Source of the DNA: Heptranchias perlo
Lineage: Eukaryota
Direction of reading: 5' to 3'
NCBI RefSeq assembly: GCF_035084215.1
Contig: NC_090337.1
Span: 54,498,001-54,562,000, forward strand
DNA length: 64,000 nt
The position numbers and the translations under genes are program-made. The notes under the pieces were generated by a model. It made no database searches and was not told where the DNA came from. It was given only the letters and a program-made list of their open reading frames with translations. Of the stretch, positions 11,900 through 25,944 are shown piece after piece (the first letter of the stretch is position 1; every line of letters starts with the position of its first letter).

Positions 11900-13684
11900 T
11901 AAGTATGCTTCAAATGTTTATCCAATTTTCCCTTAAAAACTTGATGGTCTCTACCTCAACCAATCCCTATGCCAAAACGTTCCATTCTCCCAAGAACTCT
12001 TTCCATAAAGAAATTTCTTCTAACTTCCCATTCACTTGGTGACATTTTAATGACTCCTTGTCATTAACTCCCCAATTGGAGAAAATAAAGACAAGAAAGA
12101 TGTGCATTTCTATAGCGCCTTTCACAACCTCAGGACATCCCAAAGTGCTTTACGGTCAAATAAAGTGCTTTTGAAGTGTAGTCATTGTTGTAACTACACA
12201 GCAGGCAATTGGCACACGGCAAGATCCCACAAACAGCAATATGATAATGACCAGATAATCTTTTTTCAGTGATGTTGGTTGAGGGATTCATACTGGCCAG
12301 GACACTGGGGAGGACTCCCCTGCTCTTTTTTGAGATAGTGCCATGGGATTTTTTACATCCACCGAAGAGGGCAGACTCAGTTTAACGTGCACCCATTGAA
12401 GGCATTCAGCACATCTAGGTGAGGTGGGCTCTCAGATTCCACCTTGAAGAGCTGCATTCAAAAAGTGTCCATCTTGTGAGCTCCTTCCTGCTGCAGACCG
12501 TACCACGCTGAATACCTTATTGCCTTGTGTCAAATGATCAATGGAGGATCAACAGCCTTACAAGACTATCTGAATACACTCGATCTCTGCCAACACACTA
12601 GAATTATACCAGTACTTTTAGTCCTTTCTGCCATCAATGCTATAGCTTTGTTCAATGAGATTTCATTACACCAAATGAAAGCAGTTCCCTTTGTGCTGTT
12701 TAATGGCCATTTTAATGTAAGCAGATGCAATTTATGTTTTTTTCCAGTAATCAGCAGAAAGTTATGAATCACATGTCTAGTAGAAGGGTTTTACAAGGCT
12801 CTGTCTGTTATACACTACTTGAGAAATATTCACTTTCAGCGAGTGATTTCAAGGATGTCGTGTAATAAAGGGGGTTCAAATGATTTAAACATAAGTGTGC
12901 AGTTTCAGTGATTTACATCCACCATTTAAACCCCTGACATTAGATAACAATCTTTGTTTCTCCATTCTTTTGTCCTTTCCTTTTTCTAAAGGTGCTGAAT
13001 CATGCCAGGGCACAGGATAACGGGCACCGGCATTCTTTTGGTACCTTGCTCAAATGGGCATTCTTCATGTGCGAGCCCAACAGCAGTGTTGCCAGGATAT
13101 AGAAAGAGCTATCTAATTAGTCCCACTCCTGCTCTTTCCCCACAGCCCTGCAAATTTTTAATTTTCAGGTATATATCTAATTTCAAGTATAACTTATTCC
13201 TTTTTGCAAGTTACTATTGAAATTGCTTCCACCACCCTTTCAGGCAGTGTATTCCAGATGAAAACAATTCGCTGCGTAAAAAAAAATTCTCCTCATCGCC
13301 CCACTCTTTCTTTTGCCAATTATCTTAAATCTGTGTCCTCTGGTTACTGACCATCCCGCCAGTGGAAACAGTCTCTCTTATTTACTCTATCAAAACCCCT
13401 CATAATTTTGAACACCTCCATTAAACCTCTGCTTTAACAAGAACAATCCCAGTCGAACCTGATGCTACCCTCACCTGTCATCCACACACCCTGATTTTCT
13501 TTTCCTTCTCCTCCCCTAACCAAGGGGCACTAAGCCCAACTGTAGCTTTGACACTGTGCATGGGGAAAGTCAGGCAGGGGGTGGAGGGAGGATCACAGCT
13601 GAGCCCACAAAAGCGCACTATCCTAGAATTGGTCAGAGATAGCAGCTGGCAATGGAAAACTTGGACTAATGGTTTCACCTTCTA

Positions 13685-14211
13685 TAGCATAAGAAATAGG
13701 AGCAGGAGTAGGCCAGATGGTCCTCCACCATTCAATAAGATCATGGCTGATCTTCTACCTCAACTCCATTTTCCCACTCTAACCCCATATCCCTTGATAT
13801 GCTCAGTGTCCAAAAATTTATCGATCTCAGTTTTGAATATTATCAATGACTGAGCATCCACAGCACTCTGGGGTAGAGAATTCCAAAGATTCACAACCCT
13901 CTGAGTGAAGAAATTCATCCTCATCTCAGTCCTAAATGGCTGATCCCTTATCTTGAGACTATGACCTGTAGTTCTAGACTCTCCAGTCAGGGGAGCATCT
14001 ACCCTGTCAAGCCCTCCAAGAATTTTTTACGTTTCAATGAGATCACCTCTCATTCTTCTAAATTCCAGAGAATGTAGGCCCATTCTACTCAATCTCTCCT
14101 CATAGGATAACCCTCTCATCCCAGGAATCAATCTAGTGAACCTTTGCTGCACCCCCTTTAACGCAAATATATCCTTCCTCAGGTAAGGAGACCAAAACTG
14201 TACACACTCCA
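13685..14211 (-). mobile_element. CR1 LINE 3' fragment
   Basis: VQFWSPYLRKDIFALKGVQQRFTRLIPGMRGLSYEERL...RRMRGDLIET plus CR1 tail. Confidence 0.9.
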
Positions 14212-14642
14212 TGAGGCTTACTATCTCATCACTGAGCCATCAAGGAAGGTGTTGTATCAGATTTAACTCCATTCTATCATCTTTTTCATCCATGTTCAGA
14301 TAACTACATATTTTAGTCTGACCATTTTTGGACACATTCCTATATCTGGAAGCTACAAACAAATTGGCATGTCAACTTTTTTTTCCAGTAGGTTTACTTT
14401 ATGGTGGCTGCCCACCAATCAAAGCCACCAATTGTGCTATTTCTAAAGCTGCTATTCCTGTTTTACCAGCCAGTTTAATACTTCTGGTATCCGTGGCTAT
14501 TCCACTTAAGGTAATGAAGGAATGGAAAGGTGCTTGTAGGAATTTTGTTTTACAGCTGCTTTTATCTACCCAAAAACAACTAGACATAATTCTTGCAGTG
14601 AGAATTGTTCATTTTTTAAAATCTGTGTTTCACAATCAAATA

Positions 14643-15340
14643 TGGAACATAGGAACAGGAGTAGGCTATTCATCCCCTCGAGCCTGTTCCGTTATTCAAT
14701 TAGATCATAGCTGATCCATATCTTAACTCCATTTATGCATCTTGGATCCGTAACCATTAAAAGCCTTGTCTAACAAAATCTATCAATCTCAGTTTTGAAA
14801 TTTTCAATTGATCCAGCCTCAACAGCTTTTTGGGGGGAGAGTTCCTGATTTCCACTACCCTTTGTGTGAAGAAATGCTTCCGGACATCACCTCTGAATGG
14901 CCTAGCTCTAATTTTAAGGTTATGCCCCCTTGTTCTGGATTCTCCTATCAGAGGAAATAGTTTCTCTCTAACTACCCTATCAAATCCTTAATCACCTTAA
15001 ATACCTCAAATAGATCACCCCATAATCTTCGAGACTCAATGGAATACAAGCCTAGTCCATGAAACCTAGAATCATAAAATGGAAGGAGGCCATTCGGCCC
15101 GACGAGTTCATGTCGGCTCTCTGCAAGAACAATCCAGTTAGTCCCACTCCCTAGCCCTTTCCCAGTAAACCTGTACTCATAATTTAACCCTTTTTGTCCC
15201 AGTATCATTCTGGTGAATCTGTGCTGCGCCCCCTCCAAGGCCAATATATCCTTCCTGAGGTGCAGTGCCCAGAACTAAATGCAGTATTCCAGATGCGGTG
15301 TAACCAGAGCTTTATACAACTGTAACATAACTTCCACCAC
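14643..15340 (-). mobile_element. CR1 LINE 3' fragment with a second CR1 tail nested at ~15062-15165
   Basis: ALEGAQHRFTRMILGQKGLNYEYR / GLYSIESRRLWGDLFEVFK, split by a short tail sequence. Confidence 0.8.
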
Positions 15341-17539
15341 CTGTAATGCCACATCTCAGTGCTCAACCTTGGAATTGGTGCAAAATGATACATTCAGTCA
15401 GGAGACTAACCATATCAAGGTAATTTTTAAAAGATTTACAGGTAAATAAGTGACAATCCCCTGATGACTCAAGATGGTAAGTGCATTGCCCATTGCGGAA
15501 TTGAGCTGTATAGGCCTGGAAGGTTCCCCAGTTAGCTGATCCCTGCCAGAGCAGTCATAAAGGCACTACAGTTGGTCTTGAGAAGGGAAGATCAGCCAGA
15601 ATTCTCATTCCTGGTTGCCATTTAGTCGTCCCTGTGGGTGTACCACTGTGAACAGTTTCATCCTTGGCTATTTCAACCATCATGAAGTATGTGCATCATT
15701 TATTTGGAATACGCGCATTATTTATTTTTCTTTTTATGCACAGCACTTTGCACTTGTCTGCATTCAATTTCATCTTTTGCTATTGCTGTGGCCATTTACA
15801 TATTTTCTCCAACTCAATTTTGTAATTTCTGAGCTGCCTCCTCTGATTCCACACCCCCTCCAAGTTTGGTGTCATCTGCAAATTTAATACTATGCATTGC
15901 GTCTCTAAACGTATGTCTTTATACAAACAGTAACACCAAGCCCCAGGGCACTCCACTCAGTACTTCCCCCTATCCTGACAGTAATCATTATTTTCTACCC
16001 TTCAGTCAATTTGTTATTCATTCCCAGGGATAACCCTGAACCTCGATAGCTCTGAGTTTAACTAATACTTTTCATGTGAAATTTGTCAGATGTCTTTTAG
16101 AAGTTCAGATACAGCATGTTGCAGGACTTCTCACTGTCCACTTGGATTGTCATTTTCTCGAAGGGTTTGAGTAGTTTGGTCACATAGGATATTCCTCTTC
16201 TGACTGCTTTTTACTAGGTTATATTACTGTACAGATAAATTCTTATGTTTAGTCCTGATAATTGATTGTATTATTTGTGTTTAAAAGGCTAAACCAGAAC
16301 AAAGGAATCAAGCGGTTTGTTGCAAAAGCATGAGAGATATGTATGAATTACATTCCTAATTGAAATTTACTTTGCAGAATTTATTGCTTCTATTCATGCA
16401 CAACTGATGATTTGCATTTAATTCTGATTTGCGCAATTAGATTTGTATGAAGCTAAGTGAAGATGGATGATTGAACAACACATACAGATAGATATCTGTT
16501 GAGTTTTGCATAGATACTTAAGCACAGTAAAAAAAACCTAACATTTCTGCCAGATTTTGGCAGCTTGTTTCATGGACTGATAAATCCTACTACTTAATTA
16601 TTGCCTTTGTTGTTTTTTTGGAGAGGAGGAGAATTTCTGCGCTGATCAAATGCTGCAGAATGTAACACTTTCTCACTATTGGCACCCATTGAAACTATCA
16701 ATTACTCCTGGGTCTGGTGCAGTATGTTCTAAACACAAGGCAATACTCCCTTAACACTACTTCCAATGGTATACCTTGAATCTAACCTCAGAGTATACCC
16801 CTGCAACGCCAAAGCGATTTTCCATTTCCCACTTTTTGTGGGCTACCTCCTTTTTGCAATGTCTACCCGATCTTTGGCCCAACAGCTGTCCATTTTTTTT
16901 TTCATTTTAAAAGAAACCAGGTAGCAATGTCCAGATTACTGGCTTTTCTCCAGTTTTTGTCTGATTTTTGGCAAATTCGTTTTCAATTGGTGTTTTTAGT
17001 AACTTATCGAAACTGGACTGATTGAAACTATTTCAGTGGCTGCAAAATGACCAGTGCCTTGAAACAGATTCGAGCACTGCCAGCAAGGAGAGGAACAGTC
17101 AGTCCTAGCTGCAAAAATTACAAAAGAAAATGTAAGCAGAGAAAAAAGAATCTAAATAAATGCCTTATAGTGTAACTGGAAACCAGGATATACAAAGGCT
17201 GAGTATAAATATTAATACAAAATACAATGCAAATGCTATACAATAATAAGGAGCCAGAGTTGCTGCATTTAAATCTGCAGCATCTAAATAAAGAGCTAGC
17301 AAACAGACATGAGCAAGGACATTCTGTAAAAGAGAGATTGCATTGAGGTAAACGTACCTCCTCATACCAATGGTGAGGCCTCACAATAGTTGCAATAATT
17401 TGCCCTAATAGAGTTTTTGGAAGCTTCTCTTTAAGCCATTCCCCCATCCATGTCCTCACCCTGCCTTCTGTCTGGTTTTGCACTTGGCAAAAAGTTACCA
17501 ACCCTACTTTGGAGCACCTGGGCACAGTCACCATTTATA

Positions 17540-18004
17540 TAGAAACATGGAAACATAGAAAAGAGGAGCAACAGTAGGTCATTCAGCCCAACGGGCCTGC
17601 TCCGCCATTCAAAATGATCATGGCTAATCATCTAACTCAGTACCCTGTCCTGCTTTTCCCCCATATCCCTTGATCCCTTTAGCATTAAGAAATGTATCTA
17701 TCTCCTTCTTGAATACATCTAATGACTTGGCCTCCACTGCCTTCTGTGGTAGAGAATTCCACAGGTTCACCACCCTCTGAGTGAAGAAATTTCTCCTCAT
17801 CTCGGTTCTAAATGGCATACCCCGTATCCTGAGACTGTGACCCCTGGTTCTGGACTCCCCAGCCATCAGGAACATCCTCCCTGCATCTAGTCTGTCTAGT
17901 CCTGTTAGAATTTTATATGTTTCAATTAGATCACCTCTCATTCTTCTAAACTCTAGTGAATATAGGCCTAGTCGACCCAATCTCTCCTCATACGTCAGTC
18001 CTGC
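17540..18004 (-). mobile_element. CR1 LINE 3' fragment
   Basis: GLTYEERLGRLGLYSLEFRRMRGDLIETYKIL...FFTQRVVNLWNSLPQKAVEAKSL plus tail. Confidence 0.92.
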
Positions 18005-18219
18005 CAATATGGCAATATACGCAATATGGCTTCCTTTATCTACTTCAGTCCCCTTCACCTTCCTCAGGGTTTCTCCCTTGAATAATTGCACATAATCATT
18101 ATAACCAATATTTCTATGCAGATTGATTTTGCAGAAGGAATTCACTTCTGCACTATATAATCCAGTGCAAGCAGAAACAAACAAAAGTTCCACAGGCACT
18201 GAAAGCTGCATGAGTCCTG

Positions 18220-18692
18220 AACAGCTCCACAGACAGTCAACAGCTCCATGGATATTCAACAGCTCGTCCTTCAGCTGCCTAGGACCTAAGCTCTAGAATT
18301 CCCTCCCTAAACCTTTCCGGCTCTCTACCTCCCTCTCATCCTTTAAGACACTTCTTAAAACCTACCTATTTGACCAAGCTTTTGGTCACCTGTCCTAATA
18401 TCTCATGTGGCTCAATGTTAAATTTTGTTTGATAACACTTCTGTGAAGCGCCTTGGGACACTTCACTATGTTAAAGGCCTTTCATAAATGTAAGTTGTAT
18501 TTGTTGGATACTCAACAGCTCCATGGATAGGCAGCAACTCCAGGGACATTGAACAGCTGTACAGACATTGAACACTCCACTCACACTGAGCACCTGCCCA
18601 GAAGTTCAACTGCTCCACTGACAGTCAATAGCTCCAGGGACTCAACAGCTCCATTGACACTCAACAGCTCCATTGATATTGAATAGCTCCAT
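18220..18692. repeat. Degenerate ~19-bp tandem repeat interrupted by an L2-type tail
   Basis: Recurring TCAACAGCTCCATGGATA(C/T) units on both sides of the ~18265-18505 insertion. Confidence 0.75.
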
Positions 18693-20440
18693 GTTGCTCT
18701 AGGTCTAGCTATAGACTAACTGGCTTCAAAACCTGGAAATCAAAAGCTAAAATTAATTATTCATTTGTGAAGAATCACACAAATTTTTGGTTCATTCTTT
18801 TTGGTTCATTTCTGTGTTTAGTGAGGCAAGTACACAATGTTAAATGCTGAATTTATGTGGGGGAAATTTTACTTGACGCGTCGGAGAAAGAATTGCTCTG
18901 GCTGCTGTGTGTAGTGATGTTGTAAGTGCATTCAAAAAGAACATCCTTATTAAGTTGCTACGCAGAATGAGCAGAGCAGTTCCTCCTCAGTGTTGCCATT
19001 GTAAGGGTAGAAAAGAATGTTTAATTTTTCTTCTTTTTGTTTTTTTTAGAAGAAAGCAGACACTCTTTTAGTGAATCTCTGACTATGAATTATGATAACA
19101 GACCTTATAAAACAAATGTCCCTGAAATTACACTGCCCGTATATTAGCGCTGAGAGTTTAACAGGTTTGTATGAAATTCTTTTACCTGCAATTTTAAAGA
19201 AGCTGCAAGCTGTTTAATATTCACACGAGTGGAAAATAATTTAAATAAAATCAAAACCTTTCATGTCCTGGGCTTTATGAAAGATTATTAACCTAGGATA
19301 ACAACGTCAACAATCATAGTTACAACAGACCCAGGAGTATGGATCTATCCCAGGGGAGTTATCTTTGATACCCCGGCCAACATTTATCCCTCAACCAATA
19401 CCACTAAAAACAGATTATCTGGTCATTATCACATTGCTATTTGTGGGAGCTTGCTGTACACAAATTGGCTGCCGTGTTTCCTACATTACAACAGTGACTA
19501 CACTTCAAAAATACTTCATTGGCTGTAAAGCGCTTTGGGGTGTCCTGAGGTCATGAAAGGCGCTATATAAATGCAAGTCTTTTTTTTATTGATCGTGTGG
19601 GGTTCAAAAACCCCTTTAATAAAAGATATTTGAAGGAAAGGGTTAACTGTACCCCTTGTAAACAAAGACATTTGAAAACCTGCAAACGCAGTAATGTGGT
19701 AAACTGTGTTCTCGCAAATCCTGCTTTTCCCTCACTGACGCTGATGGCATTGGAGAATAATGAGTTTCGGGATCGAAGACTTTGTACAGCAAATAGATAT
19801 CTAGATTATTAAATAAATAAACTAGATGGATAATATTGAGCTGAAAGCATTGTCAGGCTTTCAAAACACACTGGCGCTTGGAAGCACAAGCTTTTCAACA
19901 CAGCAGGGGGTAATGTAAGAAAAGGCAACAAGGACATACATCAAAGGCTTCAGATCAGGAAAGCAATGATCGGTATGAAAAAAGGCATGGGCCTCTCATT
20001 CCTATCTGGTAATCTGTTCAAAAGAACTGGGAATTGTCAAACATCAAACAGTGTTGCGTCCAGCATACGGTCAAATGATATAAGAAATGGATTTGACGCC
20101 ACAGAAGCAATCAAAATTGGAGATGCAAGGACCATTAGGAATGTCTGGGCATAGAAATGTAAGAGGCTATCTCTACATGAAAGAGCATAAACAGAGATAA
20201 TAAATACCTTTTACAACCCATTTTTTATTGGGCGTGGATAAACCGCTAAATTAAAAATGTCCGTTTTGCACGCGATCGCAAGTCAATCGGAGCCACTTAA
20301 CATGGCTTCCGGGTTTGCTGTCCAAAAGCTGCTCAGCGGGCGGACTGTGCACCCGCATCACAGGCTGTCAGCTGGAGGAGCTCTATTTAAAGGGGCAGTC
20401 CTCCAATGGCCGCTCCTGAAGCAAACACCCACACACCACA

Positions 20441-23000
20441 ATGGAGCATCCCAGGGGCAAGGCTGCTCCAAGATTCAACGATGCCTCACTCCAGGTGCGA
20501 CTCGATGGGTTGAGGAGGAGGAGGGATGTGTTATACCCAGCGGATGGGAGGAAGTGTCCTGCCTCTGCCATCAGGAAGGCCTGGCTCGAGGATGCAGAGG
20601 AGGTCACCAGCAGCAGCAACATCTCCCGCACCTGGGTCCAGTGCAGGAAGCGCTTCAGTGACCTAACAAGGTCAGCCGAAGTGAGTATACTTACTGATTC
20701 TCCTACATTCCGTCTTCCACATCACCGCCCCCACCCCCCAATTCATTCTGCACTGCCAACACTACTCTATCCCATTACTCCTCACACCCACTTAAGGCTC
20801 ATCCTCAACTTACCTGCACTTACTCAGCACATCCTCACCTCCCCATTTGTCACCCCACCACCAGCACTCAAACCAATCCTCACACAATGTCATGGCTCTG
20901 TCTCATGCTCACCCTCTGATGCATCTCTTTCATGGTCAGCCGCACCCAAACCAATGCATTCATTGGTTGGCCAGTCTCCATCACTCACTCACGCATCTGT
21001 TCTTTCTCCCCTTATAGGAGCAGAGAGCTCAGAATGCACAGAAGAGGGCGAGAACCAGAGCGGGGCCGCAACAAATCGTCATCCTCACAGACGCAGAGCA
21101 GGAGGCACTGGAGCTCAGCTGAACCCTCGAGTGCCTGTCCGTCGGGGACGCCGAGACTGGCACCCGACAAACGTCTGGTGACAGAACTTTAAAATTCGGC
21201 ATACAAAATATTGCCTTCCGTTCTTTTACAAGGCCTTCAGCGACCACTGTGACATACGAAAATACGAACGTACGAATTAAGAGCAGGAGTAGGCCATTCG
21301 GCCCCTCAAGCCTGCTCTGCCATTTGATAAGATCATGGCTGATCTGATTGTGACCTCAACCCTACTTTCCCGTCTACCTACTATAACCTTTGACTCCCTT
21401 GTTAATCAGGAATCTATCGAACTCAGCCTTAAAAATATTTAATGACCCTGCCTCCACCGCTCTCTGGGGAAGGGAGTTCCACAGACTCACGACCATCTGA
21501 GAGAAAAAATTTCTCTTCATCGCCGTCTTAAATAGGAGACCCCTTATTTTTAAACTGTGGCACCTAGTTCTAGTCTCTCCCACAAGGGGAAACATCCTCT
21601 CAGCATCTACCCCTCCTAGTCCCCTCAGGATCTTACATGTTTCAAAAGATCACCTCTCACTTGGTTTAACTTGGGAATGTAAAAGTACAGGCTTCCAACT
21701 GGGAATGCCAAGTCCAAAAATATTGCAGTTGCGACCCAAAAAAACAATTATTTTCGACTCCCACCCGCCCCCAACCCACCCGTTCTTGGGGGTTAAACTC
21801 ACCCCCCTTATGTCCTCTTCACAATTTACTTTCCTACCTACCTTTGTGTCATCAGCAAATTTAGCAACCACACATTCGGTCCCTTCATCCAAGTCATTGA
21901 TATAGATTGTAAATAGTTGAGGCCCAAGCACTGATCCCTGTGGCACTCCACTTGTTACATCTCGCCAAACTGAAAATGTGATGGCAGAGGGCGATTCCTC
22001 AGAGGACCTGCTGGTCTCTGAGGGGGCACCGTCACATCTGAGCGAGCCATCCACCAGCGCAGATACTCACACCTCGGTGGGTCCTAGTCCTCAGTTAGTT
22101 GGGTTGGCACCTGGTGAGTTACCACACACGTGAGCACGAGTTGACACTGGTGGCAGGGGCAGCTGCGGAGAGTCCGCATTGGTGGGAGCACTCCTCTCCA
22201 GGCTCTCCTCAGCTGGACGAAGATGCTGAACCCTAGGGGCCATCCTTTAAAAGGAGAATGATCGAGGGGCAGCAGCACATTTGCGAGGTGCTGGAACAGG
22301 TGCCACGCGCACTCTCCACAATAACGCAGAGGATGGAGGAGTCCAACTCCTGCATGAGTGGAATGGTGGCACAGGCACGGGAGGGAATCTCTGAGCTATG
22401 ATCACAGGGATGTGAGGGAATCTCTGAGATAGTGTCATAAGGACCTGAGCAACTTTCTGAGATACTGTAAGCATGGGAATGTCTGTGATGGAGAGAAGGC
22501 TAGCCTCCATTGAGCTTCAAGCATGGCTCACAAATGAGTCCATTCAGGCCCTGACAACAGCCGTTCGGACTCACAGTGAACAACATTCTGCCGCCTTAAA
22601 CAGGCAGACAGATACACTGGCACTGGCCTTACAAGGCTTCACACATGTTCTCCAAACTGTTGTCCAGCAGAGTGGTAGGAGTGATGTGGGCCTGGCTCAG
22701 GAGAAGGATGATGGCGAAAGGGGACATGGAAGTGGGGACGCCACTCAAAGTGCTCCCACGTCTCACCCGTTGCCCCCCTCTCAACCAGTACCCGCAATGC
22801 TGCCTCCTGTCCAGGTGGCCGAGTCTGCCCCGGCACAGGTGCAGGTGGAGCAGTCTTTGGAGGGGCCCTCACGGGCACGAAAACCCAAAGCATTTAATCG
22901 GTCAGGGCATGGACAAGAGCAACCTGCCACTACCTCTGCTGCAGCCACAGGGGAAGCACCACATAGAAGTAGTCAGAAGAGAAAAGCGAAGGTTTTGTAG
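20441..23000 (+). pseudogene. Harbinger Myb/SANT-like DNA-binding protein gene (spliced, disrupted)
   Basis: Exon 20441-20680 encodes MEHPRGKAAPRFNDASLQVRLDGLRRRRDVLYP...KAWLEDAEEV...RTWVQCRKRFSDL, with donor GTGAGT at 20681. The next exon starts at 21018 (EQRAQNAQKRART...) and has an in-frame stop. A CR1 sits at 21262-21977; the C-terminal part is ORF 22473..23000. Confidence 0.82.
21262..21977 (-). mobile_element. CR1 LINE 3' fragment containing a MITE end at ~21662-21807
   Basis: [41 protein letters not shown] and MFPLVGETRTRCHSLKIRG...WNSLPQRAVEA, plus a typical CR1 tail. CR1 sequence is deleted next to the MITE. Confidence 0.9.
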
Positions 23001-23310
23001 GCACGAAGGGTATACACAAAGATGTTTGACGGTTGGTCATTTTTAAAATTTATATTAGCTTTATGTTAAACTCATTAAATATTATCACCACTGCTGGCAC
23101 GTCTTGGCCATTCTTGACTGGCTTCTGTAATAGGGCCCTTTCATGAGGTTTACCATGAACGGCAACACTTGATGCCACCCATTAGGTCACCCTACCTGGG
23201 TGTATGTGTAGTTGCAGGCCTGTTTTGTGCAGGAAGGTGTTGTGGGCGGGGTGGGGGGGGTTTACTGGTGTAGGCGCTGCTCTATCCAGGTGATGTGAGA
23301 ACTGGACTCT

Positions 23311-23875
23311 TCACACTATCTGATGGTAGGGGAACTGTTCACATATCAGTGTCTCTGTGGCCTCACGAGCAGCCAGGTGAGCCGCTGCTCTGCTCATGGG
23401 TTGCTCCTGCTCCTCCTCCTCCTGCTCTGCCTCCTCCTCCTCAATGTGGGTGGCAGATGTGGATGGGACCTCCTCAAGCGGCACCCCTCTCTGTTGTGCC
23501 ATGTTGTACAGAGCACCACACACTAATGCATCCCTCTCTGTCTGGTGCGAATCGAAGCGCTCCCCCAGAATGATAAATTGCATCTTGAGCAGCCTTATAA
23601 CATGCTCAATTGTAGACCTGGTGGCAATGTGGCTGTCGTTATATCGACGCTGTTGCTTGGTGATGGGGTTCCTCAGAAGTGTCATGAGCCACGTGTGCAG
23701 GGGCTATCCCTTGTCCCCGAGGAGCCAGCCCTTAAGGGTGTTTGGTGCATGGAAGAAGGGAGGGATGTTGGATTCTCAGAGGATGAAGGAATCGTGGCAG
23801 CTGCCAAGGAATCTGGCGCACACGTGAAGGAATCTTTTGTGGTGGTCACAAACGAGCTGAGTGTTGATGGAGTGT
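23311..23875 (-). pseudogene. Harbinger (HARBI1-like) DDE transposase, C-terminal part
   Basis: HSINTQLVCDHHKRFLHVCARFLGSCHDSFIL*...WLLGDKG*PLHTWLMTLLRNP...RYNDSHIATRSTIEHVI...VCGALYNMA; contains in-frame stops. Confidence 0.88.
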
Positions 23876-23923
23876 TGATGATACAAAGATAGGTGGAAAA
23901 GCAAGTTGCGATGAGGACACAAA

Positions 23924-25944
23924 GGGCCCGATATTACCAGGGCGGCGGGGGGGCGGGGGGGGGGGGGCGATTGGTGAAATCAGTCTGCACTGCGTGCAAT
24001 CGCAGGCTGATTGGATCCACTTACCTCTTATTCCGGGTTCCCCGCTGCTGATCTGCGTGTCGGGCGGACTGCGCATGCGCAGTAAGGTCTGTCAGCTGGA
24101 GGAGCTCAATTTAAAGGGGCAGTCCTCCACTGACTGATGCTGCAAGAAATAGGAAAAATTACAGCATGGAGCAGCCCAGGGGAAGACTGCTCCCAGGTTT
24201 AATGATGCCTCACTCCAGCTCTTATTGGATGGGGTGAGGAGGAGGGGGAGAACAGAGATCTTCCCCCCGGCGGGCGGGAGGAAGTGGCCTGTCTCCGCCA
24301 CCAAGAAGGCCTGGCTCGAGGAGGCAGAGGAGGTCACCTGCACCACCAACATATCGCCCACCTGCATACAGTGCAGGAGGCGCTGCAATGACCTAAGTAG
24401 GTCAGCCAAAGTGAGTACACTTACTCATTCCCCTACACTCCGTCTGCCACATCACCGCCCCCACCCCACATCTCCTTCTGCACTGCCAACACTACTCTGT
24501 CACATCACCCCTCACACCCACTCAAAGCTCATCCTCATCTTACCTGCACTTACTCACCTCGCCAGTACTCATCCCGCCACTACCACTCAACCCAATCCTC
24601 ATACAATCTCATGGCTCTATCTCATACTCACCCTCTCGTGCATCTCTTTCACAGTCAGCCTCACTCAACCTGCCACTACCTGTGCTGCAGCCACAGGGCA
24701 TGCATCACATATGTGCAGCAGACAGCGTAAGGCAAACGTGTCGTGAGCATGAAGGGGATGCACAAGGGTGTTTGAGGGTTTGTCATGGTTTTTACTTATA
24801 TTTCATTTCTGATCAACTCACATTACATATTATATTGGCACCACTACTGCCATGTCTTTGCAAATCTTGTCTGGTTTGTGCAATAATGCCCTTTCCTGAG
24901 GATCATAATGAAGACCCACACCTGATGCCACCCATTGTGTCACTGCAGAGTGGTGTAGGTGTATTTGCAGGGCTCTTTTGTGCAGACGACTGAGAGACGT
25001 CAGCGATGTCCCCGGTGGCACCCTGGAAGGATGTGGAGGAGAAGTTGTTGAGGGCAATGGTGACTTTGACAGCGACAGGTAAGAAGATGGTGCTCGGGCC
25101 AACCGGGAGCAGCTCGGCATGAAGGAGGCTGCAGATGTCCACGACTACATGTCGAGTGACTCTGAGCCTCCGTGTGCACTGCTGCTCAGAGAGGTCCAGG
25201 AAGCTGAGCCTCGGTCTGTGGACCCTGTGGCGAGGGTAGTGCCCTCTGCGACGCATCTCTCTCTGCGGTTGCCCTCCCTCCTGCTGTGCAGGTGGATGTG
25301 TCACAACACTGTGTTGTGGAGCTCCACGTGTCAGCGGTGGACGGTGTGGCTGGCGAGGCTGTTCGCCCTCCGAGGAGGTCATGACTGCGGCTACGGCGAC
25401 CCCCATCTGGAAGATGTACATCTGAGGGGTCCGCAAGGTAGGTACATGTGTCTGGACACTGGGGTAAGTGTGCAAGTTGGTGAATTTAATTGTTAGGAGG
25501 AGGGTGGTGGAGGCCAAGCTTTGTCCAAAGTGACAGAGTGGCCTCCTGCAATGAGTGAAGGTCTCCCCGCCCCACCTGTCAAATGGACCTTTGCAGCTGC
25601 CACAGGCTGATGGCTGCAACACGACCATTTGAACTGGGAGTGTTTCCCCCAGTACCGGAAACAGTCCCAGTTGTTTGTAAAATACCAACCCTCCTAAAAT
25701 ATCTCATTAATCAGGTCTGTAAACGTCCTGAAATACCAAAATAAATACCTTAAGTGGCACCACGCCGGCTTGAATTGCCGGCGGGAGTCCCACATGCGGG
25801 GGCTGCGCACGCATTTCAGCGCGTCTGTGGGAAACCCGGAAGTGGGCGGGTCGGAGCCGGGCTCCTGACCCGCCCCGGGAATCCCCGATTTTCGTGGCCC
25901 CCCCATCAGGAACGCACCCGATCGCGGGTGCTAAAATCGACCCC
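23924..25944 (+). mobile_element. Non-autonomous Harbinger (internal-deletion derivative), copy 1
   Basis: Imperfect TIRs GGGCCCGATATTACCA / TGCTAAAATCGACCCC; 3-bp TSD AAA at 23921-23923 and 25945-25947. Retains Myb exon 1 and the 5' part of the transposase. Confidence 0.92.
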
